From Stegostoma tigrinum (lineage: Eukaryota), in the NCBI RefSeq assembly GCF_030684315.1, contig NC_081397.1:11370421-11434420 (forward strand): 64,000 bases of DNA, in the 5' to 3' direction. Shown here one piece after another: positions 39,141 through 52,099 of this stretch (the stretch's first letter is position 1; each line of letters starts with the position of its first letter). The notes beneath the pieces are model-generated. The model did no database searches. It saw nothing but the letters and a program-made list of their open reading frames with translations, and was not told the origin of the DNA. Both the position numbers and the translations under genes were made by a program.

Positions 39141-40085
39141 GAAGCAGGACATTGCAGGGCTGACAGGGCCGTTTCAGGTCTGTTGTCTGTTCTGGTGCCT
39201 AGGTCAATGCTGGGTGATCCATAGCGATGAATACGACTGAATGGCTTGCTCTTTCATTTCAAAGGGTCAACCCTGATTACAGGTCACTGGACTTGAAACA
39301 TTAACTTTGATTCTCTCTCTCCACAGATGCTGCCAGACCTGCTGAGTTTCACCAGAACTTTGTGTTTATAACCTGTAAAATTAAGTTTGTTCCTCTTTCT
39401 CTCCCTCTCCATAATCCGGCTAAGATTTTGAAATTTGCCATTCTTGCTGTCTTCTCCTGATTGATGCAAGATGAAGAGCTTCAAACAGAATCTGTTCATT
39501 TTCCAGGTGCAGTCCTGCCAAGTAAATCTCGTCAAAGATTTCCAACTTCCCAAAGTGGTCTGCATCTACTTAATGACCTAATCTTCTGGTGGCGGGGTGG
39601 GGTGAGAGGTTGGCATTGGGGGTGGGTTTTATGGGGGTGAGCTGTCAACTTCAGAGAGATACATGATCGCGATAACGGTTTGTACAAAGTACAGCTTTCT
39701 GTCGATATTTACTGTTTAAAAAGCAATTGATGCATCAATTACAGATCATGGTCAATTCACCACAGTCTTACCAGATCATTAGAGCTGCTCTCCCATTGGA
39801 GAGAGCGGATTGGATGGTGATGGAACCTGAGGGTCACTGCGCCTCAGGTGATGGAGAGGTTCAAAAGGAGAGTCCTTCACGGTAACCCCATCCGGTGTAT
39901 GAATTGAACCCACGCTGTTACCAATCTAATGCATCACAAAGCAGCCATCGAGGAAAGCACCCCCGCCCCCCCACCACGTCCACTTCTGAGACAGGAATAG
40001 TCGCTGATCTGGAGAGTGGTTGTAATTACAAAACAAATAGCCTTGCCCCTCTCCCCACCCCAACATCATTGGAGATAAAGAGCTT

Positions 40086-40719
40086 TGTAATGATACTGTA
40101 GCTTTAAGAGATTATTTTGTCCTGGTTTCTTTTGAGAGAGAGATTGAATGAGAGGTGTCGAGCTCGCTGGTGAAGACCGCTTGACTAAACAGCTTGAGTT
40201 TTATTTTGTCCAGGCTGAATGAGTGTGGCCAGCTCTCAGATCAGGATTTCTCGGTTTTGTTTCATTTCACGTGCATCTGAAGCTGTTGGCATCTCAAATG
40301 CCTTTGAAGCTTCAGTGGATGTCTCCCGGCTCCTGCTGTCTCTGTATTTTCTGTTGACTCTTTACCCTCCTGGATTGGAGTTCTGCACGTGAGAACCTGT
40401 GTCTCAATTTTACATGTTTGTCAAGGAGTGTGTTTGTGGGATGTTACTATTTTGAATCAGTTAATTAGCAATAGTTACTGTATCTACTGTTCTGTTACAT
40501 TTCCAACAGAGTTAAGTTATTCTTAATTCTTCCTTCTTTTATTGCATTTTAACTGTCGTGTTTAAATCCATTGTTTTGCTTAACATTGAGTTGTTTGCCC
40601 AATCACATTGCATCTGAAACAAGCACTTCATGTTCGCTTTTAAAAATAAAGTTAGGGGAGAGACTACCTTCTGAAAATATCTTGAGGGGGTCTGGCCTGG
40701 TCTAGTCTTGTCCATAACA
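40086..40719 (+). mobile_element. Probable solo LTR
   Basis: TG...CA ends with imperfect inverted termini TGTAATG/CATAACA, AATAAA at ~40645, no convincing TSD. Confidence 0.45.
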
Positions 40720-40989
40720 GACTGAATAATTCCAAAGATTTATCTTGGGAACAGACTGAGCAGTTTTGGCCGATACTCTCTGGACTTCAGAAGAATCAGA
40801 GGAGATCTAACTGAGGGATCCAAAATGCTAAATTTGAGGGATTGAAAAAGGAGATGGAGAGAGGATGTTTCCTCATGTGGGAAAATCTAGAATGAGATGA
40901 CATCAAGTGAAGATAAGGGGTTGGGGCAGATTGAAAATGGACATGAGGAGGAATGGCTTTTCTCGAAGGTTGGGGAGAAGGGGCATGTC

Positions 40990-41163
40990 CAACCTGCACA
41001 TCCATTGGAGCATACCAGGAAACAGAAGCACCTGGAGGAAATCCACTCCATCACAGGGAAAATGTGCAAACTTCACACAGACAGTCACCTGAGGCTAAAA
41101 TCGAAGCTGGATCCCTCACACTGTGCAGCAGCAGCGCTAACCACTGAGCCACTATGTCACCCA
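40990..41163 (-). mobile_element. V-SINE fragment
   Basis: aacctgcacatc..gaagcacctggaggaaatccac..gcagcgctaaccactgagccac. Confidence 0.7.
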
Positions 41164-42520
41164 TTGAGCCTGTTCCACCTTTCAGTCTGTGCCTTCATAC
41201 CATTAACTTGCCTTTAGCCCCATCCCCTTATTATCTCAGCCAAACAAAAATCTGTCAGATTGGAAACTAACCACTGATCCAGCCACTGCTGTGTTTGTGG
41301 AAAAGAGATTTCAACCTCGATAACGCTTTGTGTGTAATCATTTAACGGAACGTTTTCAGTCTAACTGTTGCCACGTACCATAGCCATCCAAATACGAAGC
41401 AGTTCTGACTTTTTTTTTTAAACAGAGTTTGCCTTACACCTGTGAATGCTCTGTTTCAACTATAAACTCTGGAAAATGCCCCACCCCAACTCCCCCGATC
41501 ATGTGTCATTGCTTATGGAGAGAAATCTACTGGTTGAATTCCTGTAGCCACAGGTTTTGGGGCAGGATTTTTGTTTGTCAAAGAGGTACATAATGCTTTT
41601 TGCCCCAAGTTTGTACGTTTGCTTCCGAAGTACCTTGGCCAGTGGCAGGGGGCAGGGACTAACGTCCAACTGGAAAGCTGAGCCCAGAATGTCAGGATGG
41701 AGCTGGGTAATACTTTGCGACAGAGAATAGAGGAGAAAGTGGGAGAAAGAAACAGAGTGGTGATAAGGGAGAGTCTTGCGAATGAAGTTTCATTGAATTG
41801 AGATGCCTGGTCAATTTGCTGATTTCGAAAGCTTGTGGCATCTCACAATAAAGTAATAGTCACACAGTACAGAAACAGGCCCTTTGGCATAACTTGTCCA
41901 TGCCAACTGGGCTTTCCATCATAAACTAGTCTCATTGGCCTGCAAATCCCTTTTGCACCCTGTCCAATTTAATAATATCCTTCCTTTTCCTAAGGTACCA
42001 GAATTATACACACGAATCTAAAAGTGGCCAGACCAATGTCCTGTACAATAGCAACATGATGTCCCAAATCCTATTATCAATGGCCTGACCGATGGATGCA
42101 AAAATGAAATCTGGATAGTGGCATGTGATCAGGAATGTAACTTTAATACAAGAGTATCACAGTACTGGAGAGTCTTTTTGATCCATCCAGACTGTACCCA
42201 CTAACAACAAAGGATGTTCCCAGTCACAATGGGGCAGTCCACAACCAGCGGGGGACAGTCTAAAGGGGAAGGGTAGGACTGAGGTGAGGGAAAATGTCTT
42301 CACCCAGAAAGTGGGAAGCATGTGGGATTCTCTGCCACAGCAGTGATTGTGCCCAAAACATTGAATGTGACTCCATCTCTCAATCCTGTCATCATCTCTC
42401 TCTCTCTCTATCTCTTCCCCCACCAGCCCCCATTTCTCTCTCTCTCTATCTATCTCTCTATCTTTCTCAATCCTGTCATTATCCTTTTCTCTCCCTTCAT
42501 CCTGCACTCATCTGACTTTC

Positions 42521-42650
42521 AGAGATAATGGGAACTGCAGATGCTGGAGAATTCCAAGATGATAAAATGTGAGGCTGGATGAACACAGCAGGCGAAGCAG
42601 CATCTCAGGAGCACAAAAGCTGACGTTTCGGGCCTAGACCCTTCATCAGA
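42521..42650 (-). mobile_element. Intact ~130-bp Penelope-associated element with minimal hammerhead core
   Basis: Minus strand CTGATGA-A-GGGTCTAGGCCC-GAAACGTC, flanked by direct repeat ATCTGACTTTC (42510-42520 and 42650-42660). Confidence 0.8.
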
Positions 42651-43129
42651 TCTGACTTTCTCTCCCTCACCCGACCCTCGCTTCCAGAAATGTTAATTGC
42701 AGGCTCGAGCACGCGAATCAGTTTGAATTATTTTAGCCCCTCCTAACAGCCTCAGTCGTATGTGAATAATCTGGGAGATATATGCACACAATGTTTCATT
42801 TATATGTACATATGTAACACCCACTGACAGAAAGTAAACATGGAAAACACCTTCACATGCATCGCACGGGTCCAAATGTAAAGTCAACCTCTTTCTGTCT
42901 GGGAGAGGAAACACTTTGGGAATTCAATTAATTTCACCTCTGACATTCCTGAAAAAGAAAATAAATAGGAGCAGAGAATGACGCCCCTCGGTCCATCTAC
43001 CAGTGGTGTAATTTGTAATCTGTAACCATCCATCTCCCTGAGAGTGTTACAAACTAGTTTCTCCCCACCTCCCCCTTTCCCCACAATTTTCGCCCTTTAA
43101 CTGCAGCAAGTAAAACGAACACATCAAAC

Positions 43130-44980
43130 ACTTATACAGCAGAAACAGACCCTTCAGCCCAACCTGTCCATGCCAGCCAGGTTTTCTAATCTACCCTACT
43201 CCCATTTGCCTGCATTTGACCCATGTCCCTCGAAACCTTTCCTATTCACGTCCCTGTTTAAATGCCTATTAAATGTGTGATCGTACCCACATCTACAACA
43301 TGTCTCCCAACTCATCCCATACACGCACCACTCTCTGTGTGAAACAGTTGTCCATTAGGTCCCTTTTAGATCTCTCACCTTAAACCTACGCCCTTTAGTT
43401 TTGGGCTCCCCCGCCCTGGGGAAAAGACCTTGGCTATTCACCTTATCTCTGGCTTTCATGATTTTGTTGACCTCTGCAAGATCACCCAGCAACCTCCACT
43501 CTCTTGGGGAAAAAAGTCCCAGCCTAATTAGCCCCTCCCTACAACTGAAACCCTCCATTCCCAGTAACATCCTTGTCAATCTTTCCAGTTTAATAATATC
43601 CTGTCCATAGCATTTAATGCATTTCTGTTTTGGTCATTTAAGGATTTCTCATGATCAATCTTGCCAATGGATCCATCAAAGAGAATGAATTGCCTCCAGT
43701 TATCCCTTCCCTTTCGCTCCCATCAATAAGCTGGATAAACACGACCTACTTGTGCACAGCCTTTCCAAAACGCACATGATCTCGAGGGACCGACTCCCCA
43801 CCCCTGGGAGACAATCTAAAGGGGGAGATTAGGGTCCAGCTTCTGCAGCTCTAAACCTGGCACGGGGTCGGGGGGGAAGCTCTCGTGGCTTCTTGGGCTA
43901 GAGAGAACAGAAAATTATACTAACCACCCAGAGAGAAGTCGAATGGACTGTCTGCAACCGGAACACACAAGAAAAGGAACTAAACCTCATCTGTTGGTCC
44001 TTATCTGATAGAAACACTTGTCAGAAAGGCATGAGAACGGATGCAGAGTCGACAAACTCAAAATCCTAACTCAATCTCTCTCTCTCTCTCTCTCTGCCCC
44101 ATGGCCCCAACCCCCGACTCGCTGACAGATGCTGTCAGACCGGTTGAGTTGCCCCAGTGCTCTCTGTGTTGGTTTCAGATCTCCAGAACCCTGCACTGTG
44201 TTGCTTTTGCAACCTTACAAGCTGTGTTCCTTGCTTCAGACACCAGTGCCACCACTCCTGGTGAAATGGTGTCCTCTGTTGTTCAAGCATAGAGGAAAGA
44301 TATGGCTAACACATTTGAAGATAACATTGCACTACTGTCAGAAAGGAAACACAGGACAATGAGACTACATTGCTTGGGAATGGTGTACATATGACCAGAG
44401 GATCAGAAGTGGGCCATTCAGCCCATCTGGCTGCTCCACCTTTCAACCATGATTGTGGCTGAACTGCTCATTCTTAACTCTACTTTGCTGCTCTTCCACC
44501 CCTTGCCCCATAACCTTTGCTTCTCCTTCCTGATTGAAATCTCTCTCAAACTTGAATATACTGAATGACCCGGCAGTGACAGCCCTCTGTGGTAAAGAAT
44601 TTCACAGATTCACTCCCGTCAGAAGAAGAAATTCCTCATCTCCATCTTCAATGGACGAACGCCTATTAAGACATGATGCCCCTCTGGTCCCACATTCTCC
44701 CACACGAGGGGCAATGGCTCCCGGTCAAATTCCTCAAAGGATCTTCGATGAGCCCTCCTCTCATTCCTATAAACTCCAATGAGGATAGGCCCAACAGACT
44801 CAATCTCTCCCTCATCAGACACTCCCTCCATAGCCGGGATCAGCCGAGTGAACCTTCTTTGAACCTGCCTCCAATTCTAGTCTCTCCTTCCTTCGATACG
44901 AGGCCACAAAACTGCTCACCGTATCCCAGCTGTATCTTGTATGGTTTTTTTTCGAAAAATTTCCCAACGTTCATCTCACA
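43130..44980 (-). mobile_element. Old CR1 3' fragments (~43130-43610 and ~44390-44980)
   Basis: ORF 43355-43579 RLGLFS..GLFPRAGEPKTKG, ORF 44619-44831 EMRNFFF. Confidence 0.75.
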
Positions 44981-44984
44981 TTGA

Positions 44985-45162
44985 AGGCTGACGTTTCGGG
45001 CCTCGACCCGATGTTTCGTCTAAACCCTTCTTCTGAAGAAGGATCTCGGCCGGGAACGTCAGCTTTCCTGCTCTTCTGATGCTGCTGGGCCTGCTGTGTT
45101 TATCCGGCTCTGTACCTTGTTATCTCAGATTCTCCAGCATTTGCAGTTCTACTATCACTGAA
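44985..45162 (+). mobile_element. Hammerhead-core element with inverted 5' piece
   Basis: ctgacgtttcgggcctcgaccc (inverted) precedes ctgaagaaggatctcggccgggaacgtcagctttcc. Confidence 0.65.
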
Positions 45163-46084
45163 ACAATTTTACCCTGGATTGTAAGAAATAGTTTTCATCT
45201 GAAATCCTCAAGCAGTTGAGAATCTCTGTCCCTTTGTGAAGTACAGCTGGTTTTGAGGGCGTTCCTAACATACCAATACATCAGACAGAGTTACAGCGTG
45301 CCATGGTGTGGTTGGAGATCCCCAGTGGGCAGATTTTATGCCATTCCCACTCAGTGGGCGATATGTACTCCCTGAGGAACAAGCAGTGATAGCTCTATCC
45401 CTCTGTAAAATCAGCAATTACCACAAATCTGCCTTATTTATTTCCTATTTCTGTCCCACCCTGTAATCAATTCTCCTTTTCTGTTTACATTTAAAACAAA
45501 TGCATTCCCCTTTGAATCGACTTTTTTTTTAAAAATGCTAATCTGTTTATGACTCTCTTGCAGTTTATTGCACGTGGCTGTTACTTTAGCCCTCTGTTTG
45601 CTGTATTCGGGCAGTTTAATTGTTGACTGCATGGCAGATCGGTCCTTTTTACAGCAGAACTCCCAGGTTTCCCCTTATTTCCTGTGGCTATCGGCCTGAA
45701 GAGGGCTAATATCAGAAATGTTGACTGCTCCTTTCCTCCACATGCTGCCTGGCTTGTCCTTCCAGCCTCCCGTTTGTCTGTCTCGGCTGTATCTTCAGCT
45801 AAAGGGGAGGGCATGGCTCAGTGAATGTCTGCTGTGTGTGTGTCACAGAGAGCGAGAGAGAGGGCGTGTTTCATTGAAAGGAAGAGTTTGGAGGTTTAAA
45901 GGGGGATGTGAGGTAAAAGGTTTTCACCCAGAGAGTGCTGGGGAATCTGGTACTCACTGCCTGTGAGGGTGGGAGAGGCAGAAACCCTCATCACATTGAA
46001 GAAGGATTCAGATGTGCACTTGTGATTCAAAGGCTTTGGGCCAACTGCTGGGAAAATGGGATTAGGGAATAGGGATAGATAGGA

Positions 46085-46201
46085 GGAACTGCAGATGCTG
46101 GAGAATCTGAGATAACAAAGTGTCGAGCTGGATGAACACAGCAGCCAACCAGCATCAGACAAGCAGGAAGACTGATGTTTCAGGCCTAGACCCTTCTTCA
46201 G
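46085..46201 (-). mobile_element. Hammerhead-core short element
   Basis: Minus strand ctgaagaagggtctaggcctgaaacatcag. Confidence 0.7.
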
Positions 46202-46369
46202 CAATGCTCAAGAATCTTGCTGCATTGACCCCCATCACCAAACCCCAACCTGTCCATTCTTCTCAGGGTTTTCGAAATTGCATTGAGATCATCTCTTGAT
46301 CTCCCAGATCCGGATGATACAGAGTGCCCAAACTCCCTTCCCAGCTCACTGCCTCATTGTGAAAAATGT

Positions 46370-47140
46370 GCGCAATCACACTCTCTCTCTCTCACAGACT
46401 CACACACACACACGCTCATGCATGTAGATTCACACGCACAGTCAGACTCTCACACACACTCACACCAGCCTTCCCCTCACTCTATGCTGCACCTCCCATT
46501 TCCTCTCAGTCTCACCCCCACTCCATCCTCCTTGACGAACCCCCACCCCCACAATTCAGTCCCTTTTCTCGCTATTCTCCCTCTCACGCACCGCACACGC
46601 ACAAAGACACGCACACACTTACATGGTCACATATTCACACAGTCTTACAGACACATACACACTGGAACAATTTTTCCGCACGTCCTTCACAGGTGCGTGC
46701 GCACACACGCGGTCTGACACACAGTCACACCAGCTTGCATTCACACAAACACATGTTTGCTCAAACAAATTCATTCACAAAATTACATTGAATATCACAC
46801 CCACACACACTCAGAACTGTCATAATCTCTCTCACATTCCCTTACACATTCACATGCAATCACAGTTTATGCTCACACTCTTGTACAAACTCACATTATC
46901 TCACACACAATTTCAAACAAACTCACACTCACCCACACACAGCCTCTTAAACTCACAGAAAAACACATTCACAATACACTCTTGCTCTCTCTCTCGCACA
47001 CACACACACACTCTCACACACTGTCACACACATTCACGCACAGTCACACAAAACATCCTACGCGCACATTTAATCTCACAAACCATCTCAGACGCTCATT
47101 GACATAAACTTTCCTCAAACATTTTCTCTCACACATACTC
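46370..47140. repeat. Degenerate (CA)n/(CT)n low-complexity region
   Basis: cacacaca and ctctctct runs throughout. Confidence 0.9.
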
Positions 47141-47609
47141 CTTCCCTTACCCTCTACCTCTCCCTACCACGATATCTCACCCTCCATCCCGCACCCTCCC
47201 CCCTCCCTCCCACCCACACATGAGCGACGGATGGAAGGGGCGATGCTGGTGACCCAGGGGAGACTGCGGCTGACATGTTGGCTCACTGCACCTTGCATCA
47301 CCTTCCCATCCCTGACAGTAATCCCCAAGTTCGGTCTCTGATACCCGCCTCACATTGGATCCCCGGGGGCTCCAGCAACGCATCTTGATTTTTAAAAAAA
47401 GAAATCCACCAATTTGTTGTGTGTTACAATTTTATTCATCACCAAAGGCAGAATTGTTGCGTACAAAAGCAAATATCATCAAGAAATTACATTTACAATA
47501 ACACAGCGATCGATTAAACCCGTCCCAATGTACACCATCCATGAACAATACTTTCCATTGCTTCATAAACACCGGGCCCATTGTGTTTTCATTTAGTTTT
47601 CCATTTCAA

Positions 47610-48410
47610 CACAGGGTTCGGAGGGAGTGGGGAGTTGTGAAGGAGGATGCAGAGATGCTTCCATGCCATTGGGTTAAGTTGAGTGAGTGGGCAAATGCAC
47701 GGCTGATGCAGTTTGATGTGGATTGATGTGAGGCTCCCACTTTGGGAGAAATAAGAAAACAGGAATGCAGATTATTATCGAAATGGTGATGGATCGGAAA
47801 AGCAGCACGGAGGACAGGAGTTGGAACATCATGTTGTGGCTGTACAGGCATTGATAAGGATATTCTTGTAGTATTGTGTACAGTTCTGGTCATGTTGCTA
47901 CAGGAAGGATGTTATTCAACTGGAAAGGGTGAAAAAAATGAACATAACCATGTTGTCAGGAATGGAGAGTTTGGGCTATAAGGATAGGCTGGTTTTTTAT
48001 TCCAGAGCATCGGAGGCTGAGGGGTGACCCTTTGAAGGTTTTAAAAATCATGAGGGACATAGATAAGGTGAAAGCCAAGGTCTTTAACCCCAGGGTTGGA
48101 GAGTCCAAAAGTAGAGGGCATAGGGTTAAGGTGAGAAGGGAAAGATTTAGAAGGGGCCTGAGGGGCAAATCTTTCGCACAGATAGTGGTGGGTATATGGA
48201 ATGAGCTGTCAGGGGAAGTGGTGGAGGTGGGTAAAATTATAAATATTTGAAAGAAATTTTGGCAGATACATGGATAGGAAAGGTTGGAAGGGATATGGTT
48301 CAAACACAGGTAAACAGGGCTGGGTCAGTTTAGGAAACCAGGTTGGCATGGACGAGTTAGGCCGAAGAGTCACAGAGCACAGAAATAGCCCCTATGACTC
48401 TATGATGAGG
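47610..48410 (+). mobile_element. Old CR1 fragment
   Basis: ORF 48032-48250 KIMRDIDKV..ESKSRGH. Confidence 0.8.
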
Positions 48411-49931
48411 GGCACAAATGCTGTCTTTACCAGCAATGCCCCACATCCTTCGCCTGAACGAGGGGTCATCGTGATTAAAAAACAGCAATAAGCCAGTCAC
48501 CATCCTTACTGGCTCGAATGTGAACAATTCATCAGCACAGTCCTGCTGTTCCATTCAAAGGTACCTGGTACCTATTGACCAGACCCTTTGGCCCTCGCGC
48601 TGGTGTTGTCCCTGATGTTGTTCACCAGTTTGCAATCGGACCTGCGCTGCTCCTTTCTTGGTGGCCAGCAATTGTCAGATCCAGATGGCATCGATGTTAA
48701 AATCTTAACGTCTTCTACCAAGCCTGTACTTAGATCAACCCAAACCCTTTTGTGGTGCAGCGAGAGTGTCTGTATGTCGGGACTAAAAAGCCAACATTTT
48801 TTTAATTCATGGGATGAGGGCATTGCTGGCCAGGCCAGCATTTGTTGCCCATCCTTAGCTGTCCAGGGGGCTGTTAAAAGTCAACCACTTTGCTGTGGGT
48901 CTGGAGTCACATGAAGGCCAGGCCAGGTAAGGATAGCAGTTTCCTTCCCTGAACCACGTGAGTGAACCAGATGGGGTTTTCCAACAATTGATTCACAGTT
49001 ACCATCAGACTCTCAGATTCAAGATTTTGATGAATTTAAATTCCACCATCTGTGTTGCAGGATTTGAACCCGGGTCCCCAGAACATCACTGGAACATCAG
49101 GATTAACAGTTCCGCGATAATCCCATGAGGCCATCGCTTCCCCATTCAAAGGTCAAGCCTGCCGCTCTGGAGGTGTGTGATCCCCCATCCTGACAATGTG
49201 GCGTTTCCAAAATACCTGCAGCGGAGAGAAACGCCCTACGTTCCTGTTCCCACAATGGGTTTTGGAATCTCAGAAAGCCGAGTTGAAGTGTCCAGCAGGG
49301 GTTTTGGTTCATTGGGTGATCTAGTCTTTTCCGTATAGACTCTGTTTCAGCCATGCCTTTTCTATCCAGTTTGTTCAGTGGCTTGCAGCTCAGTGTGTGT
49401 TCCTTCTGTGGGGCCAGAAGTTGTTCCTTCCAACCCTACACCCCAGGTCTCTTTCACCCTGGAATGTAACCATTGAAATTGGCTGGTTTCTCTTTTTATA
49501 TATCTCCCAACTGACAGATCCTTCTGGCAATTCCTGTTCAAAGTTGGTCAGAATGGGGGAGATTCCTGTTCCATGCGCAGAAGGTGGCAGATGATGTCTT
49601 CCTCCCCTTAAACATGGCCCAACTGAAAAGCTCAATCCTCAGACATGTACATGAGAGGGAAGCAGAGGCAGGTATTAAATTTCCAAAGACCACCAGCTGC
49701 TGAAATAGTTTTGAATTTACAAAACTAACAGCCTGCAATGTCCAGAACAGACCAACAGATGCAACAACATGAAATTAGCTTCAAAATGAGTGGAGCAGAA
49801 CAATGTGTGAAAGATGGTTTCCATCGCAAAGTTCACAAGTTTGCGATCTGTACACAGGAGTTACATTGTACCTCTTCATGAGACAGTCTATAAAAATCGA
49901 ATGACCCGCCTCTCATCTGTCTTCTTCTTTC

Positions 49932-50051
49932 TTACTTGAGTGGAATATTCTCGTAAACATTTCCATCCGCTCCGTCTTCTTCCTCTGAGAGCTCGCTGAG
50001 CTTCAGTGTGGCGTATGTGATACAGGAATCATTGGGGTCAGGCTTGGCGTC
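49932..50051 (-). CDS. Ig receptor terminal coding exon (ITIM ITYATL plus YENI)
   Basis: ttccaattgcag| phase 0, DAKPDPNDSCITYATLKLSELSEEEDGADGNVYENIPLK-TAA. Confidence 0.85.
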   Translation of the reverse strand, partial: DAKPDPNDSCITYATLKLSELSEEEDGADGNVYENIPLK

Positions 50052-50384
50052 CTGCAATTGGAACGATATTGGAATGGAATTGGAATTGAGTGGGAGCAGG
50101 AAGGTGAAGAGGTGGGAGAGGTCGTTTGTAGGTAAAGGTAGGAGTGGATATCAGTGGGAAACAGGAATCACCAACAGGAAGTTCAGTGCCACAAGTTAGG
50201 AATCTGGGTAGTGCAGTGGTAATTTCCCTACCTCTGAGCCAGGAGGCTGGGGTTCAAGTCCCACCTGTGCCTGAGGTGTGCCATACAGATTATAAAAGTG
50301 GGAAGGTGATGTCAGAGCTGTACAGGACTTTGGTGCGGCTGCAGCTGGAGCACTGTGTGCAGTTCCAGTCTCCGCACTATAGTA

Positions 50385-51372
50385 GTGGTGAGTGGGTTTC
50401 CACAGGGCTCTGTCCTTGGGCCTCTACTGTTTGTAATTTTTATTAATGACTTGGATGAGGAGATTGAAGGATGGGTCAGCAAGTTTGCAGACGACACAAA
50501 GGTTGGAGGTGTCGTTGACAGTATAGAGGGCTGTTGTATGCTGCAGCGGGACATTGACAGGATGCAGAGATGGGCTGAGAGGTGGCAGATGGAGTTCAAC
50601 CTGGATAAATGCGAGGTGATGCATTTTGGAAGGTCAAATTTGAAAGCTGAGTACAGGATTAAGGATAGGATTCTTGGCAGTGTGGAGGAACAGAGGGATC
50701 TTGGTGTGCAGATACATAGATCCCTTAAAATGGCCACCCAAGTGGACAGGGTTGTTAAGAAAGCATATGGTGTTTTGGCTTTCATTAACAGGGGGATTGA
50801 GTTTAAGAGTCGTGAGATCTAGTTGCAGCTCTATAAAACTTTGGTTAGACTGCACTTGGAATACTGCATCCAGTTCTGGTCGCCCTATTATAGGAAAGAT
50901 GTGGATGCTTTGGAGAGGGTTCAGAGGAGGTTTACCAGAATGCTGCCTGGACTGGAGGGCTTATCTTATGAAAAGAGGTTGACTGAGCTCGGACTCTTTT
51001 CATTGGAGAAAAGGAGGAGGAGAGGGGACCTAATTGAGGTATACAAGATAATGAGAGGCATAGATAGAGTTGATAGCCAGAGACTATTTCCCAGTGCAGA
51101 AATGGCTAACACGAGGGGTCATAGTTTTAAGCTGGTTGGAGGAAAGTATAGAGGGGATGTCAGAGGCGGGTTCTTTACACAGAGAGTTGTGAGAGCATGG
51201 AATGCGTTGCCAGCAGCAGTTGTGGAAGCAAGGTCATTGGGGTCATTTAAGAGACTACTGGACATGCATATGGTCACAGAAATTTGAGGGTGCAGACATG
51301 AGGATCAATGGTCGGCACAACATTGTGGGCTGAAGGGCCTGTTCTGTGCTGTACTGTTCTATGTTCTATGTT
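50385..51372 (+). mobile_element. Young CR1 inserted in an older CR1 (intronic)
   Basis: ORFs 50355-50822 and 50823-51287 split by one stop, (TTCTATG)n tail, TSD CTATAGTA at 50377-50384 and 51373-51380. Confidence 0.95.
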
Positions 51373-52099
51373 CTATAGTAAGGATGTAATTGCACTGGAC
51401 AGGGTGCAGAGGGATATTCACGAAGATATTGCCTGGGTCAGAACATTTCACCAGTGAAGTGAGGCTGGACAAGCTCAGGTCGATGCTTGGAGCAGAAAAG
51501 GCTGAAAGGGCTTTTGATTTGTTTCCATTCACTCATGGGACATTGGCATTGCTGGCTGGGCCCAGCATTTGTTGCCCTGTCCCTTGCTGCCCTCTTGAGA
51601 AGGTGGTATTGAGCCGCCTTCTTGAGCTGCTACAGCCCCATGTCCTGTAGGTCGACTCACAATGCGCTTCAGGAGGGAACTCCAGGATTTTCACCCAGTG
51701 ACACTGAAAGAACAGCCAATGTATTTCCAAGTTGGGATGGTGAGCGGCTTGGAGGGGAACACACAAGGGGTGGTGTAGCCATGCATCTGCTGCCCGTGTC
51801 CTTCTGGATGGATGTGGTTGTGGGTTTGGAAGGTGCTGTCTGGGGATCTTTGGGAAATTTCTGTCGTGTATCTTGTAGATGGTACATACTGTAGCTACCA
51901 ATTGGGTGTGAATGACAATGAACTGGCAACTATTTAATGTCACGGTCAGTGATGTTTTAATTCTGTACAGGAGTAACTGGAACACCAACACCAGTAATGC
52001 CACAAGTTTGAAACTCACTTATCCCCAGGCACTGGAAGTGGAATGTGAAACAATGAGTGACCTACTCCATTGTTAAAGCATTGCTGGATATTTCCCACT

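Noticed and set aside
46283-47102. His/Thr-rich ORFs
   Set aside because: Translation of (CA)n low-complexity DNA.
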